A stretch of 64,000 bases of DNA, from positions 54,870,001-54,934,000 of the forward strand of contig CM069134.1 of the NCBI GenBank assembly GCA_035221665.1, read 5' to 3'. The notes beneath the pieces are model-generated. The model was not told the origin of the DNA. It saw only the letters and a program-made list of their open reading frames with translations, and did no database searches. Source of the DNA: Okamejei kenojei (Eukaryota). The translations under genes were made by a program, and so were the position numbers. Of the stretch, positions 46,291 to 58,914 are shown in pieces; positions within the stretch are counted from its first letter, which is position 1, and each line of letters opens with the position of its first letter.

Positions 46291-49265
46291 ATCAGGTGAG
46301 CGGCACCACGAGGTGACGGCAACGGATCCACCAGATCCACTTGGATGTGCACAAACCGGTGAGAAGGAACCACAAAATCCTGAAGTGGTGCATGAACATG
46401 CTGCTGGATCTTAGATGTCTGGCAAGGAATGCAGGACCTGGCCCATGTCGCAACCTACTTACGAAGGCCATGCCACACGAACTTGGCTGTCACCAATGCA
46501 GAAGTCGTCCAGATGGAAGGATGAGCCAGTCCATGAATATAGTTGAAAACTCTCCTCTGCCAAGCAACCGGAACGACAGGTCGCGGCCGGGCGGTGGAAG
46601 TATCGCACAGGACTGTCACCCCTGCAGGACCAAACGGGCATGTCGGCCAACACCAAACCCGGTGCAGCAGTACAATATCCTTGCATCTCGTCACCATCAC
46701 GTTCAGCAGCAGCCAGCGCAGCATAGTCCAACCCCGAGGCGATGGACTGCACAGCATGGACAGCAGGACGGGACAAAGCATCGGCCACTTGATTCAGCTT
46801 GCCGGCCACGTGCCGAACATCAGTTGTAAACTCAGAAATGAAAGCCAGGTGCCGCTGCTGGCGAGCAGACTGGGGATCAGACACCTTCGCGAAGGCAAAC
46901 GTGAGAGGTTTGTGGTCGGGAAACGTGGTAAATGTCCTGCCCTCTAACAAATATCGGAAATGTCAGACCGCCAAATAAAGAGCCAACAGCTCGCAGGCGA
47001 ACGCACTGTAATTGCGCTCAGGATGGCGTAGGTGCCTGCTGAAGAAAGCAAGCGGTTGCCAACGACCACAGATGAACTGTTCAAGGACCCCTCCGACAGC
47101 AGCATCAGAAGCATCCACGGTAAGGGCAGTGGGGACAATGTCCCGCGGGTGCACCTGCAATGTGGCCGCAGCTAGTGCTTCCTTGGCACCCTCGAAAGCG
47201 GTATCAGACTCAGCGGTCCACACAAGATCCCGCAGCTTACCGGCAGTGCACTGGAACAAAGGCTGCATGATCTGAGCTGCCACCGGCACAAAACAATGGT
47301 AAAAGGTCCCACAAACTCCCGCAGACGCTTGACGGTAAACGGCCGAGGAAACCGCCGAATTGCCTCCACCTTGCAGGGAAGAGGTGTAGCACCCTGTGGG
47401 GTAACGTGATGCCCAAGGAAGGAGATGGAGCTGAGACCGAACTGGCACTTGGCGGCGTTAATGACCAACCCGTGATCCCGGAGCCGCTGCAACAGCATGC
47501 GGAGGTGCTCACAGTGTTCGCGATGAGAACGGCTGGCGACCAGAATGTCATAGAGTTAAACAAAAACAAAGTTCAAACCACGAGCAACCATGTCCATCAG
47601 GTGTGGAAAAGCCTGCGTGGCATTTTTGTCCAAAAGGCATCCGCAGCCACTCAAACAGACCAAATGGAGTGATGATAGCAGTCTTGGGCACATCATCGGG
47701 GTGGGCAGGAATCTGATGGTAGCTGCGGACCAGATCGACCTTCGAAGATATGGTAGCATCATCCAGATGAGCCGTGAAATCCTGGATATATAGGACTGGG
47801 TAGCGATCGGCAGTCGTGATGGTATTCAGTCGGCGATGATCCCCACACGGCCACCAACCCCCGGACGACGTAGGAACCATATGAAGTGGGGAAGCCCAAG
47901 GGCTGTCGGGATGCCGCATGATCCCCATGTCCTCCATGCACTGGAACTACTCTAAACGTTAACTTGTCAGGCGGGAGGCGGTGCGCCCGAGCATGCAGTG
48001 GAGGGCCAGAGGTGAGGATATGATGTAGGTGCAGCCGAATGGAATCGTGGGGTCAGGATCTCCGGGATCTCTGTCAGGATCGGGGCATAAGCCCCACCCA
48101 CATCCAACACAGACCTGAGCTGCGGATCGGGAGCAAACAAAACAGTCCGAGTCCTGTAGGAGCAAATGGGGCTGCCATTAACGGTGGTCAGGGCGGGGCC
48201 ACGCTTACCAACACGGGTATCGAGGTATGATGCTGATCTCAGCCCCAGAGTCCACGAGGAAACGAAGCCCGGAATGGCGATCCCTGACGCAGAGGCGATG
48301 TTTTTGGCCGACCGCGATAGCCTCTATTGCCGATCGTCCGAGGTATTTCCCGAAAACAAGTGGGAGGCGCTGCATTGGAGGGCCTCCACACCCCGGCGTT
48401 GATAGTAATGACACCACTGGTGCTTACTGCGAACCACGGCGGTGGACTGCGAGCCAGCGAAGTCATCCCGAGGAGGAACAGCCCGGTGAGGCCGCTGTGA
48501 TGATGGCGTGGTCACCCGGCTGATGGAACCACCATCCTGCTGCTTGAAAAGTCATAGCTCATCTGCCCGTTCAGCGAGCTGCAATGTGTCAGTGAAATGG
48601 GACCCAGCGAGAAGCCAGCGGATGTCATCGGGCATCTGCTCCAGAAATGCCTGCTCGAACAGCAGGCAAGGCTGATGCTCACCCATGAGCGCTAGCATCT
48701 CACTCATGAGAACCGATGGCTGCCGATCACTCAGACCGTCCATATGTAGCAGCGGAGCTGCGTGATCATGGCGGCTGAGCCCGAAGGTGCGCAGCAGCAA
48801 CGCCTTCCCAACGTACTTCCCAACGGTCGGCGGATACCATGTAGAAGTAGTGGGTAGCATCTGCAACGATCTGGTAGAGCTCAAGCTAGGCCTCGATGTG
48901 TCGTCCAGAACACGGGAAATTTAAGTGTGACCGCATTCTGCTGAGCGGGCGAGTTGTCAAAGTTCTCGTCGGCGTACATGGCGAGAAGAAATCTGAAAAT
49001 CGTTTGGATCGTCGGGGTCACCAAATGTAGTGAGATCAGACAGGTTAAGCGAAAAGATGTTTTATTTTTAATAAAAATGAACAAAGAAAACCCGTTCGCG
49101 AGTCTGTCGGCATTAACAATAATCTCCTGTCGCTGGGAGGAGCACTGACTAACTAACAGACACACCTCAAGAGCCCGCGAAAATCGACACCCTCGCTGTC
49201 ACATACCCGCACCGACCAATGATGAGGGTTCTGCCCTCGCCACCCCACCACTAGTTGCCGCTACA
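46290..49265 (-). mobile_element. Gypsy LTR retrotransposon, 3'-truncated: LTR-PBS-gag-PR-RT-RH-IN start, frameshifted
   Basis: LTR 49026-49265 (TGTAG...CTACA); PBS tggtgaccccgacg (49010-49023) matches tRNA-Trp. gag NAVTLKFPVFW; protease FLVDSGAEISIIP; RT SPWASPLHMV..GD.RRLN..KTAIITPFGLFEW; RNase H VDASD.AVGGVLEQ; integrase start RFVHIQVDLVDPLP. Confidence 0.93.
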
Positions 49266-49378
49266 ATATCCAAATTTTACACAACTACATTGCAGAATGC
49301 ATGCAAATAACACAATACAAAATGTACCAAAGTTTGATTACAGCATTTCCCTTTGTAAAATTATTATTGGCAATGCCT

Positions 49379-50347
49379 TAAGTGGCGGCGCTGCCCTAGC
49401 AGCAGCGGCTCGCCTGCAGTCCGTCTGTTTTTTTTCTTTTTTTTCTGTTTTCTTTTGTCCAGCTTTAGTTAATTTTAGTTTATTTAGGTTGTGTATGTGT
49501 GGGGGGTGTGGGAGAAACATGTTTTTGGTCTCTTCCTGCGGGGGGATGCAACCTTTTCTTGTCGTATTCCCCGTCTCCGTCTCCGTCTCCATCTGCGCTA
49601 AGGCCTAATGGTAGAGCTGGCGGCCTCCAACTGGGACCGACCTCGATGCTCCAGAGGCAGAGCCAGCCAGGACTTACCAACGCGAGGCTGTCTGACTTTG
49701 GGGCGGTGGTGGCATTGCGGCGGTGGTGACCCGATTTCGGGGCTGTGGGGGTGTTGCGGCGGTGGTGACCCGATTTCGGGGCTGTGGCGGTGTTGCGGCG
49801 GTGGAGACCCGACTTCGGGGCTGTGGCGGTGTTGCGGCGGCAGCGACCTGTCTGCGGAGTCTCGGAGCCTCGGAGCCTCTGAGTCTCGGTCGCGGGGCCA
49901 GTGGACGACATCGTCGGGAGCTCGCATGTCACAGGTTGGTGACCTGTTTTTCTGAAGCTCCCGCAACAACAGCTTTGTCCGCTGGACTGGAAGGCGGCAG
50001 CTTCGGCAGCTTCGACCACCCCGGGCCGCGGAGTTTGAAACGGCCCGTTCGCGGAGCTCAGATTCAGCCACGGGACTTGCTTACTATCACCCGGCGAGGT
50101 CACAACATCGGAGGCCTGGATCGCCTCAGTGCAGAGGGAGAACAAGGACGGAAGAGACAAGGACTTTAAGACTTTTGCCTTCCATCACAGTGAGGAGAAC
50201 CTGGTAGACTCACTGTGGTGGATGTTAAATCTGTGTTTATTGTGTGTTTGTATTTTATTCTATGTTATGACTGCAAGGCACGAAATTTTGTTCAGACTGA
50301 AAAGTCTGAATGACAATAAAGGATACTTGACTTGATACTTGATACTT
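49379..50347 (+). mobile_element. Rex1/Babar-derived bipartite non-autonomous element with a 39-bp VNTR
   Basis: CpG-rich body; 4 x 39-bp repeat at 49694-49848; hairpin at 50181-50222; gaatgacaataaagg plus (atacttg)n tail. Confidence 0.72.
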
Positions 50348-50978
50348 AACTAATACCGGTTCCTGGTAGGTTAATTTTAATTTTAATGTTTGATCGGTCA
50401 CATTTCATCTTGTCTTATAAAGTTTCTACATTGTTTTGTAAAGGTGCTGTTTCCATTTGTGAGTTTCCATCAACAAATGACCAGTTACATTGTATCTAAT
50501 GACCTTGATTTGTCGTCATTATTGAATTTGTAGTCTTAATCCCCTGGGAGTCCTAACTCCATGCGATGCCTTTGTGTTCTGTCCAGTTTGGCATTTATGA
50601 GCATATAAATAATACCGTGATGAAAGGTGTGTAAAAAATTCGAGACTCTGGAGATTTGGGAATTGATGTAGAGTTTATTCAAACATGGTCTAGGAGTCTC
50701 CTTTCCAGGGAGTGCTCGTGGCTGCAGATATTATTTGTCTCCCCATCAACCCACTTTGATTTCCTTGATGTGGAAATTACAGCATGTCTCAGTGGTCAGA
50801 GCTGCCAAACTTTATAGTGCTGTTCATAATCACTGTTGTCTGCAATGTGAATAAGGTCAAATTATTCACCAGTACAAATATTGGAAGAAAAAAGCAGTTT
50901 GAAAGATTTAAGAACACTTTGTTGAACTGGATCAATGGGTACAATTCATGCATAGGAGCAAAGAACAAAAACATGAGA

Positions 50979-51760
50979 TCGACACAAAATGCTGGATCAA
51001 CTCAGCGGGTCAGGCAACATCTCTGGAGAAAAGAAATAGATGATTGGTCTTCCATTTCCGATCACCTATCCCTTTTGCTCAGAGAAGGTACCAGACCGGC
51101 TGAGTTACTCCAGCATTTTGTGTCTTTCTTCAGTGTATACCAGCATCTGCAGTTCCTTACTACACAAAAGTAGGAGTATCATCTGAAAATAATTATCTAA
51201 TAGCAAGCAAAAATGTCCATGAGTTGGGATAGTTCATCAATAAGAATTTCAAAAGAGTAAGTGCCCATAGGCTTCATTAACAAATGTTAGGGTAAAGGCA
51301 GAATACTGAGTATAGGAGACACAAACAATTTGAGCTTAAAGCAAAGTGCCAGAGAAACACAGTGGATCAGGCAGCATCTGTGGAGGGAATGGACAGATTA
51401 CATTTCAGGCCGGGTCCCTTCTTCAGACTGATGGAGTAGGGGGGAGAAAGCTGGAAAAGAGAGGTTAAGCTGGGGGCAAAGCTGGTGAGTGATAGGTGGA
51501 TACAGGCGAGGGAATGAGTATAAAACCTGGGACATTATATTTAAGTTGCACAAGATGTTGGTGAGACTGCACTTGTGATGAGTTTAGCCACCCTGCTATA
51601 GAACAGATGCCATTTCGCTGGAAAGAGTGAAAGATGCAGAGGTGATTTACTAGAACATTACCAGGATTCAAGGCCCTGAGCTAAAAGGAGAGGATGGGCG
51701 GGTTAGGACTTAATTCCTTGGTGCATCGGAGGCTGAGGGGTGATCTGACAGAGGTGGGGA
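50979..51760. mobile_element. Penelope pLTR remnants (50979-51164 foldback, 51340-51520 -) and a CR1 fragment (51527-51760 +)
   Basis: Homology to other copies in the window. Confidence 0.75.
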
Positions 51761-52172
51761 ATCAAGAACTCAGGACAGGTTCAAGGTGAGAGGCCATACC
51801 TAAGCACATTAACAAATTGTCCAGAAATAGACTACTGATCCAGCATGCCAGATGTGCTATGTTTTGCAGCCATTTTCTTAGTCCAGTCCATGCTTGGTTG
51901 CGATGAGCAGTCCCCATTCTGGGAAGCCCCAGGCTGCTGCATGGCCTCTGGCTGTTGCCTTCCTTGGACGTGTGGATTGGCCAATGAACCGCCGTCCTCT
52001 CCTCATCCATGAGGAGATCATACGACTATGTGATAGGAGCAGAATTAGACCAATCGACCGAACAAGTCTACTCCGCCATTCAGTCATGGCTGATCTACAG
52101 TATCTCTCCTTCTCAACCCCACTCTCCTGCCTTCTCCCTTTAACCTCCAACACCCGTACTAATCAAGAAACT

Positions 52173-53751
52173 TGTGGCGCCACCCGGTGGTTAGGCCTCT
52201 TACTGTGCGAACCCTCGGCAGTCGGGGGCAGGGTCATGTGACTGGGTTTTGGCGGAAAGGAGTTGTCACAGGGTTTTAGTGGTGTGCCCTGGTACCTATA
52301 ATGAACTGTGTTAATGAAGATCTCTTTGTTCCACCATGTGTGGCTTTCTTATTCGCCTGCTATACTCGCGACACCGACGATCATGACATAACGGTCACTT
52401 TGGATTTAAACTATGGATGCAGCCAACAATCAACCTCAACGGCTAGAGGTTGCTGTCAATCTAGCCCAGCAGAATGCTGTCTCCCTGAGGCTGCCTGTGT
52501 TCTGGACATCGCAGCCCCAGGTGCGGTTCCAGCAGGCCGAGGCCCAGTTCCACATCCAACGCATCATGGCTGATGACACCCGGCATTATTATGTGGTCGG
52601 CGCATTGGATCAGAAGACAGCTGGTCGCCTGGTCCATTACCTACGTGCACCGCCAGATGAGGACAAATACGAGGGCCTCAATGCGCTACACCTGCGGACT
52701 TTTGGGCTCAGCCGCCGGGACCACAGAGCGTGACTCATGCACATGGGCTGCCTCGGCGATTGCAAACGTCGGAGCTCATGAGTGAGATGCTCACCCTCGC
52801 GGGTGGTCATCAGAGCTGCCTTCTCTTTGAACTTGGAACAAATGCCGGACGACATCCGCCTGATGTCCCCAGTGAGGATTTTGCTGACCCCCTGCAGCCA
52901 GCGGAGTGTGTGGCCAAGCTGTGGCAGTCAAAACAGTAGGGCGGTGGCTCGATCAATCGAGCGTCGGCGGTGCCCTGGAAGGCCCAGAGACCAGGCCCTG
53001 CATCCTCCGGGAGTACGGCTGCGCCGCCTGTCCCGGGCGACTCCAGTAAGGGGGAGTGGTGCTACTACCATCAGTGCTTGGGTCCCGCGGAACTTCAGTG
53101 CCACCCGCCCTGCTCGGTTCCGGGAAATGCCCGGGCCGGCCGCCAGTAGTCGCCGTGGCGGTTGGCCTGAACCATCGCCTCTACGCTTGGGACTGATAAA
53201 TCAGGACGACGATTCCTCGTTGATACGGGGGCAGAGGTTAGCGTTTTGCCTCCATCGGGGGTCGACGCTCGTTCCGGCAAGTGGGGGCCTTCTCTGTCTG
53301 CAGTAAATGGCAGCCCCATACGAATGTATGGGGTTTGTACGGTCCCACTCATCTTTGGCCCCTGTTATTTTACCTGGACTTTTACGGTGTCTGATGTCTC
53401 CTAGCCCTTGCTGGCCACAGATTTCCTCCAGGCCCAATCCTTGCAGGTTGATGTGCGGGGGCAACGCATCGTTCATCTGTCCTGTGTGTTCTTGCCTCCG
53501 GTTTCGGGGTGTTCCTGTGGCACCACCCGGTGGTTATGTCACTTAATGTGCAAACCCTCGGCAGTCGGGGGCAGGATCACGTGACTGGGTTTGGCACAAA
53601 GGATTTGTCATGGGGTTTTAGGTGTCCCCCCTGGTATATATAATGAACCCGGGGTTAACCTTCCCCCATTCGAATGTGTGCTGATCTCTTTACAGTGTTA
53701 ATAAAGATCTCTTTGTTTTACCACTTGTGGCTTGCTTATTCGCTCGCCATA
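52173..53751 (+). mobile_element. Internally deleted Gypsy element with two LTRs (gag-PR remnant only), inserted in a CR1 3' end
   Basis: LTRs 52173-52364 and 53516-53751 (TGTGGC...). Degenerate Trp PBS gacaccgacga; gag AVSLRLPVFW..F.QAEAQF; protease FLVDTGAEVSVLP; approximate TSD aact/atct. CR1 continues on both sides (52017-52172, 53752-53795). Confidence 0.87.
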
Positions 53752-53793
53752 ATCTATCTATCTCTGCCTTAACAAAATCCACTGACTTGGCCT

Positions 53794-54305
53794 TCACAAA
53801 CCTGCAAATCTTTGGAATGTGGGAGGAAACAGGAGTACCAGGAGAAAACCCACACGGTCACAGGAAGAACGTACGAACTCCGTACACACAGCATCCATTG
53901 TCAGGATCAAACCTTTGTCTCTGGTGTTGTAAGACAGCTACGCTACCACTGCACCACTATGCCGTCCCACTGTCTGTCAGTGTAGATTTTGGATGTTGCA
54001 CTTGTGCCTACATGGGTTTCCTCTGGTTGCTCCAGTTTCCTCTCACATCTGAAAGATGTGAGGATTTGTACATGAATTGGGTTCTGTAAATTGCTCCTAA
54101 TGTTTAGGATGTGCATGAGAAAATGGAATAACATAGAGCTATTGCAATGGGTGATAGATGGTTGGGTGGACTTGGTGGGCCTGTTTCAATGCTGCATCTC
54201 TAAACAAAATAAATATCTGAAGAAGGGTTTCGACCCAAAACATTACCCATTCCCTCTCTCCAGACATGCTGCCCCAGAAATAGTAACTCCAGCTTTTTGT
54301 GTCTA
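53794..54305. mobile_element. Two V-SINE pieces (53794-53968 -, 53969-54205 +) and a pLTR (54216-54305)
   Basis: Homology to other copies in the window. Confidence 0.75.
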
Positions 54306-55793
54306 GCTTCAAGACAAATATCGACAGTTTTTCTCTTCATTTGTAGTTTAATCCCAGTTGCTTTGCAAGATACACTGACTTGCATACAAAGGGTGGGTGG
54401 GTGATCAAAAGATACATTGAATTTGTCAAGACTTTGAGGTGATCCGCCAATTGCTTTGCTGCTGAACTGGAAGTTTCAGGATTAAAATAAGTGTCGATCC
54501 ATAGTTTCAAAGTTCAATGCTTCAATGGGCACAATGAGACACAATGTAAACTGACCAACATTTGAGATTTTGCAAAGATAGAAAGTGTCAGATTTTCAAC
54601 ACATTGGCAAGTCTTGACACCTAGTCCAGGATACTTGAAAAACAGGAGTGTTTTTATTTGTATTTTTCTGTAAAAATGAGTGCAGCAAATGATCATAGTT
54701 GGCATAGACACTGAATGTTTATAATTTAATGTGGAGACAAAGCAGCAATATTAAGAAATGGGGGTCCATTCTTGTATGAAAAGCAAAGATCCATTTACAA
54801 AAGACACTTCTAATGCAGATTTTTTAGTGTAGATAAGGGATGATGCTGGTAATGAGCCAAAGTAAAGTACCTATTTGTAAGTGACCAATCCAATTGGATC
54901 TAAAACAATTCAGAGAATTTAAGCTCACATCTGGTATATTGTTTGATTTTGAATTTGGCTCAGTTATAAATCTCATAGAGAGGTGCAAATGGAAAGGTAG
55001 AATGTCAGCAGCCTAAACTTGTGCTGAAACCTTTGGTTATATATCAGCCCATTAGATTGCTACCTAAGGAACCAGAGATAACTCTTCTGTCTGAAGAAAG
55101 GTCCCGACCTGAAGCAACGCCTGTTCATGTTCTCCAGAGATGCTGCTTGACCCACTGAGTTACTCCAGCACATTGTGTTCCACTTTTGTTGTTGGATTAG
55201 GGGGGAATCAGCATACAGTGCACTGAACTGCAATATCAGCCTAAATTAACTACTTATCATTATGAAAAAATTAACACATTTTGACCTGAGAAGCCCTGAT
55301 GTCAATTGAGCCAGAGGGATGGAACTTCTGCAGGACTTGGCTAAAGCGGTTGAACTTTGGCTTTGAGAATGAGTTTGGCAGAATGTTTAATTGTAAGTGG
55401 CTTTGTGATCTCAACCAACAACAATGCGATTTTTGTGTCACCTTTAAGATAGTGAAATGGAAGCAAGTATCTAGGAGCAGAAAAGCAAAATTGAGATGGG
55501 ATGACTGCACATTTGGTAGAAGACATTAGCGTTGGAAAGCCTTCAAAGAAGTAAAACTATCAAGGGCGATTCTGGAAGGCATTCATAAGAGTGGAATATA
55601 TACAATAGGCCAAAGGAGGGGTATAGATAAGAAACTGAAATAAGAAGAATGGAATATTTTCCATTTAAGGCGAGAGGATATTGCAGAAATTGGGCATGAC
55701 AATTGAAGGAAACAGCACTGAGGATCAAGGTTTTAAATTTAAAGCATTGGGAAACGGAATCAATAGTGTTAAAAAAAAATACATTTTGTGTCA

Positions 55794-56133
55794 GAAGGAA
55801 CTGCAGATGCTAGTTTAAACTGAAGACAGACACAAAAAGTTGGAGTAACTCAGCGGGGCAGGCAGCATCTCTGGAAAGAAGGAATGAGTGCCATTTCGGG
55901 TTGAGACCCTTCTTCAGACTAGTTAGGGATAGGGGAAGCAAGAGATATAGACAATGACGTAGAGAGATAAAAAACAACAAATGAAAGATATACAAAAAAG
56001 TAACGATGAAAAAGGAAACAGGCTGTTTGTTAGCTGTTTGTTGGGTGAAAATGAGAAGCTGGTGTGACTTGGGTGGGGGAGGGATAGAGTGAGAGGGAGT
56101 GCCGGGGTTACTTGAAGTTAGAGAAATCAATAT
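55794..56133 (-). mobile_element. Penelope 3' UTR/pLTR fragment
   Basis: Reverse complement is homologous to 7450-7838. Confidence 0.85.
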
Positions 56134-56720
56134 TCACACATTCAATATGTAGTCATACATTCAAAGACATATTATTGGACTTGAGGCATGTGATGAAATG
56201 TTAGTTGCTGGAATTGATGGAATGTGGAGGATGAGAGTTTAGGGTTACTCTCGTTATAATGGTCAATTATATTAGTATAAATTAAAATCAAGACTAGAAT
56301 CTACATTTGATAGGAAGCACTCTTAAGAAAAGCTGTCGACTTGTTTTTCTGTCCATTACCACATGTGATATTTCATACTGAAGCACATCATGGCATCAAT
56401 CATGCATTACATGATGCTGAAAATTAAAACCAGTACTTCCTCTTGCCAAATATAAAAATCAACAACATATTCTGTGGTTAGAGGATACTCACCTAAAAAA
56501 ATGAGAGAATTATTGAGATTGTACTGCAGACATTCAGTAAAGGAATTAAGTTATATGGATCTTTCAATAATGAACTATTTTTATAATGTGCTGTGCCATG
56601 TAATTAATTGGGCCATAGGGAAGAGAGCGGAGAAAAGGGCTGGTAGATGAGTGGTGGAATAAGGAGTGGGGGGGGGGGTGGGGGGGGGGGGGGGGGGGGA
56701 AGCGAGTACAGAAAAATCAG

Positions 56721-56786
56721 TTTGGGAATAGGAAGGAAAGTTAAAATAGCTTTTTTGGGAATAGGAAGGAAAGTTAAAATAGCTTT
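56721..56786. repeat. Perfect 33-bp tandem duplication next to a G-run (56668-56699)
   Basis: tttgggaataggaaggaaagttaaaatagcttt x2. Confidence 0.9.
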
Positions 56787-57043
56787 TTTTTTTTGATAAT
56801 CATTATCTCATTATAAAGGAAAACCTAGGAACTAAGATTATAATGCAAGATGCCTTTAAACAAGTTCAATTTCTATAAAACTCCATTGTTCTTTATTTAA
56901 TTTAAACAATTGTAATCCCAATTAAAGTTTTTTGTAGGTTTAAAGTAAGGAAGAATTGGACTTAAGCTATAGAACATAGAATATTGAACAGTGCAGCACA
57001 GTAACAGACCCTGGAGCTCACGATGATGCCTATCTATCTTCTA

Positions 57044-57726
57044 TCTATATACCAAAAGTCTCATCTTGTATGTGTGCATGTGTGTGTTTTGTATCTTCCT
57101 CAAAATGCTATGTGCTAATGCTTTTATTTTTACATATTCTTACTCACATTTTTCCCATCCATGCCATAATCAGGTTCACTTAAGATTTCATCCCATATTT
57201 CACAAGTTATTCATGATTAAAGTTTAAAAAAAGGCAAAAACTGCTTCTCACAGAGAACTCTTTTCCAGGAGCTTCCTGTGATGATGTCACAATGCCACTC
57301 ACAGTGCACCAATCACAATGAGCTCTCAAGCTGCCATGCCACAACCCCCGGCCCCTCCACCCCCAGGTTATTCATGATTAAAGTTTGAAAAAAAGCCAAA
57401 ACCACCTTTTAAAACACCAGCTTCCAGTGACGTCACAATGCACCCCTCCCCCCCCCAAACACACAATGCGCCCCCCGCTTGGTCGGCTTGGCCCGCCTTG
57501 CTTTTATTCACTTTCTCAGCCCCGCTCACTCGGCTCCGCCCCTGGGGGAAACGGGTTATGTTGGGGGAACGGGTGATGGGGGTGATTGACTCCGGGGGGC
57601 ACCTGTCTCTGGGATCAGCGCTAACGCCACGTTCGGGGAACAGCCCTCCCATGTGATGCAGCACCCACCCCCATCCCCCCCCCCCCGCATTGGGGGACGG
57701 GACCCAACTGGTCCCAAGTGGTCTAG
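57044..57726 (+). mobile_element. Complete non-autonomous Helitron
   Basis: A|TC start (tctatataccaaaagtctc); hairpin GGGACC-caact-GGTCCC at 57699-57715; 7 nt later CTAG|T. Confidence 0.82.
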
Positions 57727-57846
57727 TATACCTATAAAAGTCTCATCTTGTACGTGTGTTGTATGTATGTATGTCTGTATGTTTTGCATCCTGCTCAAAA
57801 TGTTACGTGCTATCACTTAGATTTTTACATATTCTTACTCACATTT
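57727..57846 (+). mobile_element. 5' part of a second Helitron copy
   Basis: tatacctataaaagtctcatcttg...acatattcttactcacattt repeats 57048-57150. Confidence 0.72.
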
Positions 57847-57869
57847 AAGAATATGAAACGCGAAACGTT

Positions 57870-58514
57870 TTCATCTCTTCCCTGTACAGGGACTCGACCA
57901 TTTCCCTGTCGAGTCTACGTTGTCGTTGGGCCTAAAATCGTGGAGCCGGCGGCTCCAACCGGAATTGACCTGTGGCTCCGGTTGCAGAGCCTGCGGACTC
58001 ACCATTGCAGTGCTGGCTGACTTCAGAGCTGTGGCAGTGCTGCCGTTGCGGCTGCGACCCGACTTCGGAGCTTTGGAGGCTCCAGCTGCAGGCCCTGTGG
58101 ACGGTAACTTCGGGAGCTTGTGGGTCCCTGGTGGGAGACTGCTTTTCGGAGCTCCCGCAACGGCAACTTCTCCCGCCCGAATCAAGGAATTTAAATCGAC
58201 CCGGAGCAGGGCCTTACATTGCCTGGTGTGGCTTTAACGGCCGTGGGACTTACCATCGCCTGCTGGGGGCTCTAACATCAAGAGCCTCGATCAGCACGAT
58301 GCAGCAGTTTGACTGCTTGACTGCGGGAGGAGAATAATAAAGCGCAGAGAACAGGGAAGAGATAAGACTTTTGCCTTCCATCACAGTGAGGAGGTGTTTG
58401 GAGATTCACTGTGATGGATGTTTGTGTGGAATTGTGTTAATTGTGTGTTTTGGTTTTTGTTGTTATGACTGCAGGAATGTAATTTCGTTTGAACTTTAAT
58501 GTTTAAATGACAAT
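57870..58514 (+). mobile_element. Rex1/Babar-derived bipartite non-autonomous element (5'-truncated)
   Basis: Homologous to 49550-50315; hairpin at 58377-58418; aatttcgttt...aatgacaat tail. Confidence 0.7.
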
Positions 58515-58862
58515 CGCCCCCATGTTTTATAATCCGGACATTATCAGATGCTTTCTAAGGGCTGAATCGGCCTGTTCACGGGGCCTTTCAGCATCCAGCA
58601 TGGCTTAAAAACAAACTGCTGCATCAAGGCGATCGAGGCTCCCGATGTTGAAGCCCCCGTCGGCCGATTAAAGGCTCCATGAACAGGCCAATTCAAGCCC
58701 CACGATTCGGGGTGGATGAAGCTGCTGTTGCTGGAGTTCGGAGTCGGTCACCAACCAGGTCAGCTTCTGATGTTACCATCCACAGGGTCTATGGCCGAAG
58801 TGTGACCACCAAGAAACTGTGTCCCCCCCCCCCCATGTTTTGATAGCGATTTCCGTGCCTTG
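58515..58862. mobile_element. hAT-type non-autonomous fragment related to 13855-14568
   Basis: End catgttttgatagcgatttccgtgccttg matches the reverse complement of 13855-13890. Confidence 0.6.
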
Positions 58863-58914
58863 CCACAATGACATCACAATGGGACTTTGCAATGGTAGGA
58901 GCAGCAGAAGGAGA

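Noticed and set aside
49480-50169. 226-aa ORF with 13-aa repeats, or a CRISPR-like 39-bp array
   Set aside because: A head-to-tail VNTR without spacers inside a GC-rich repeat; frames are open on both strands because of base composition.
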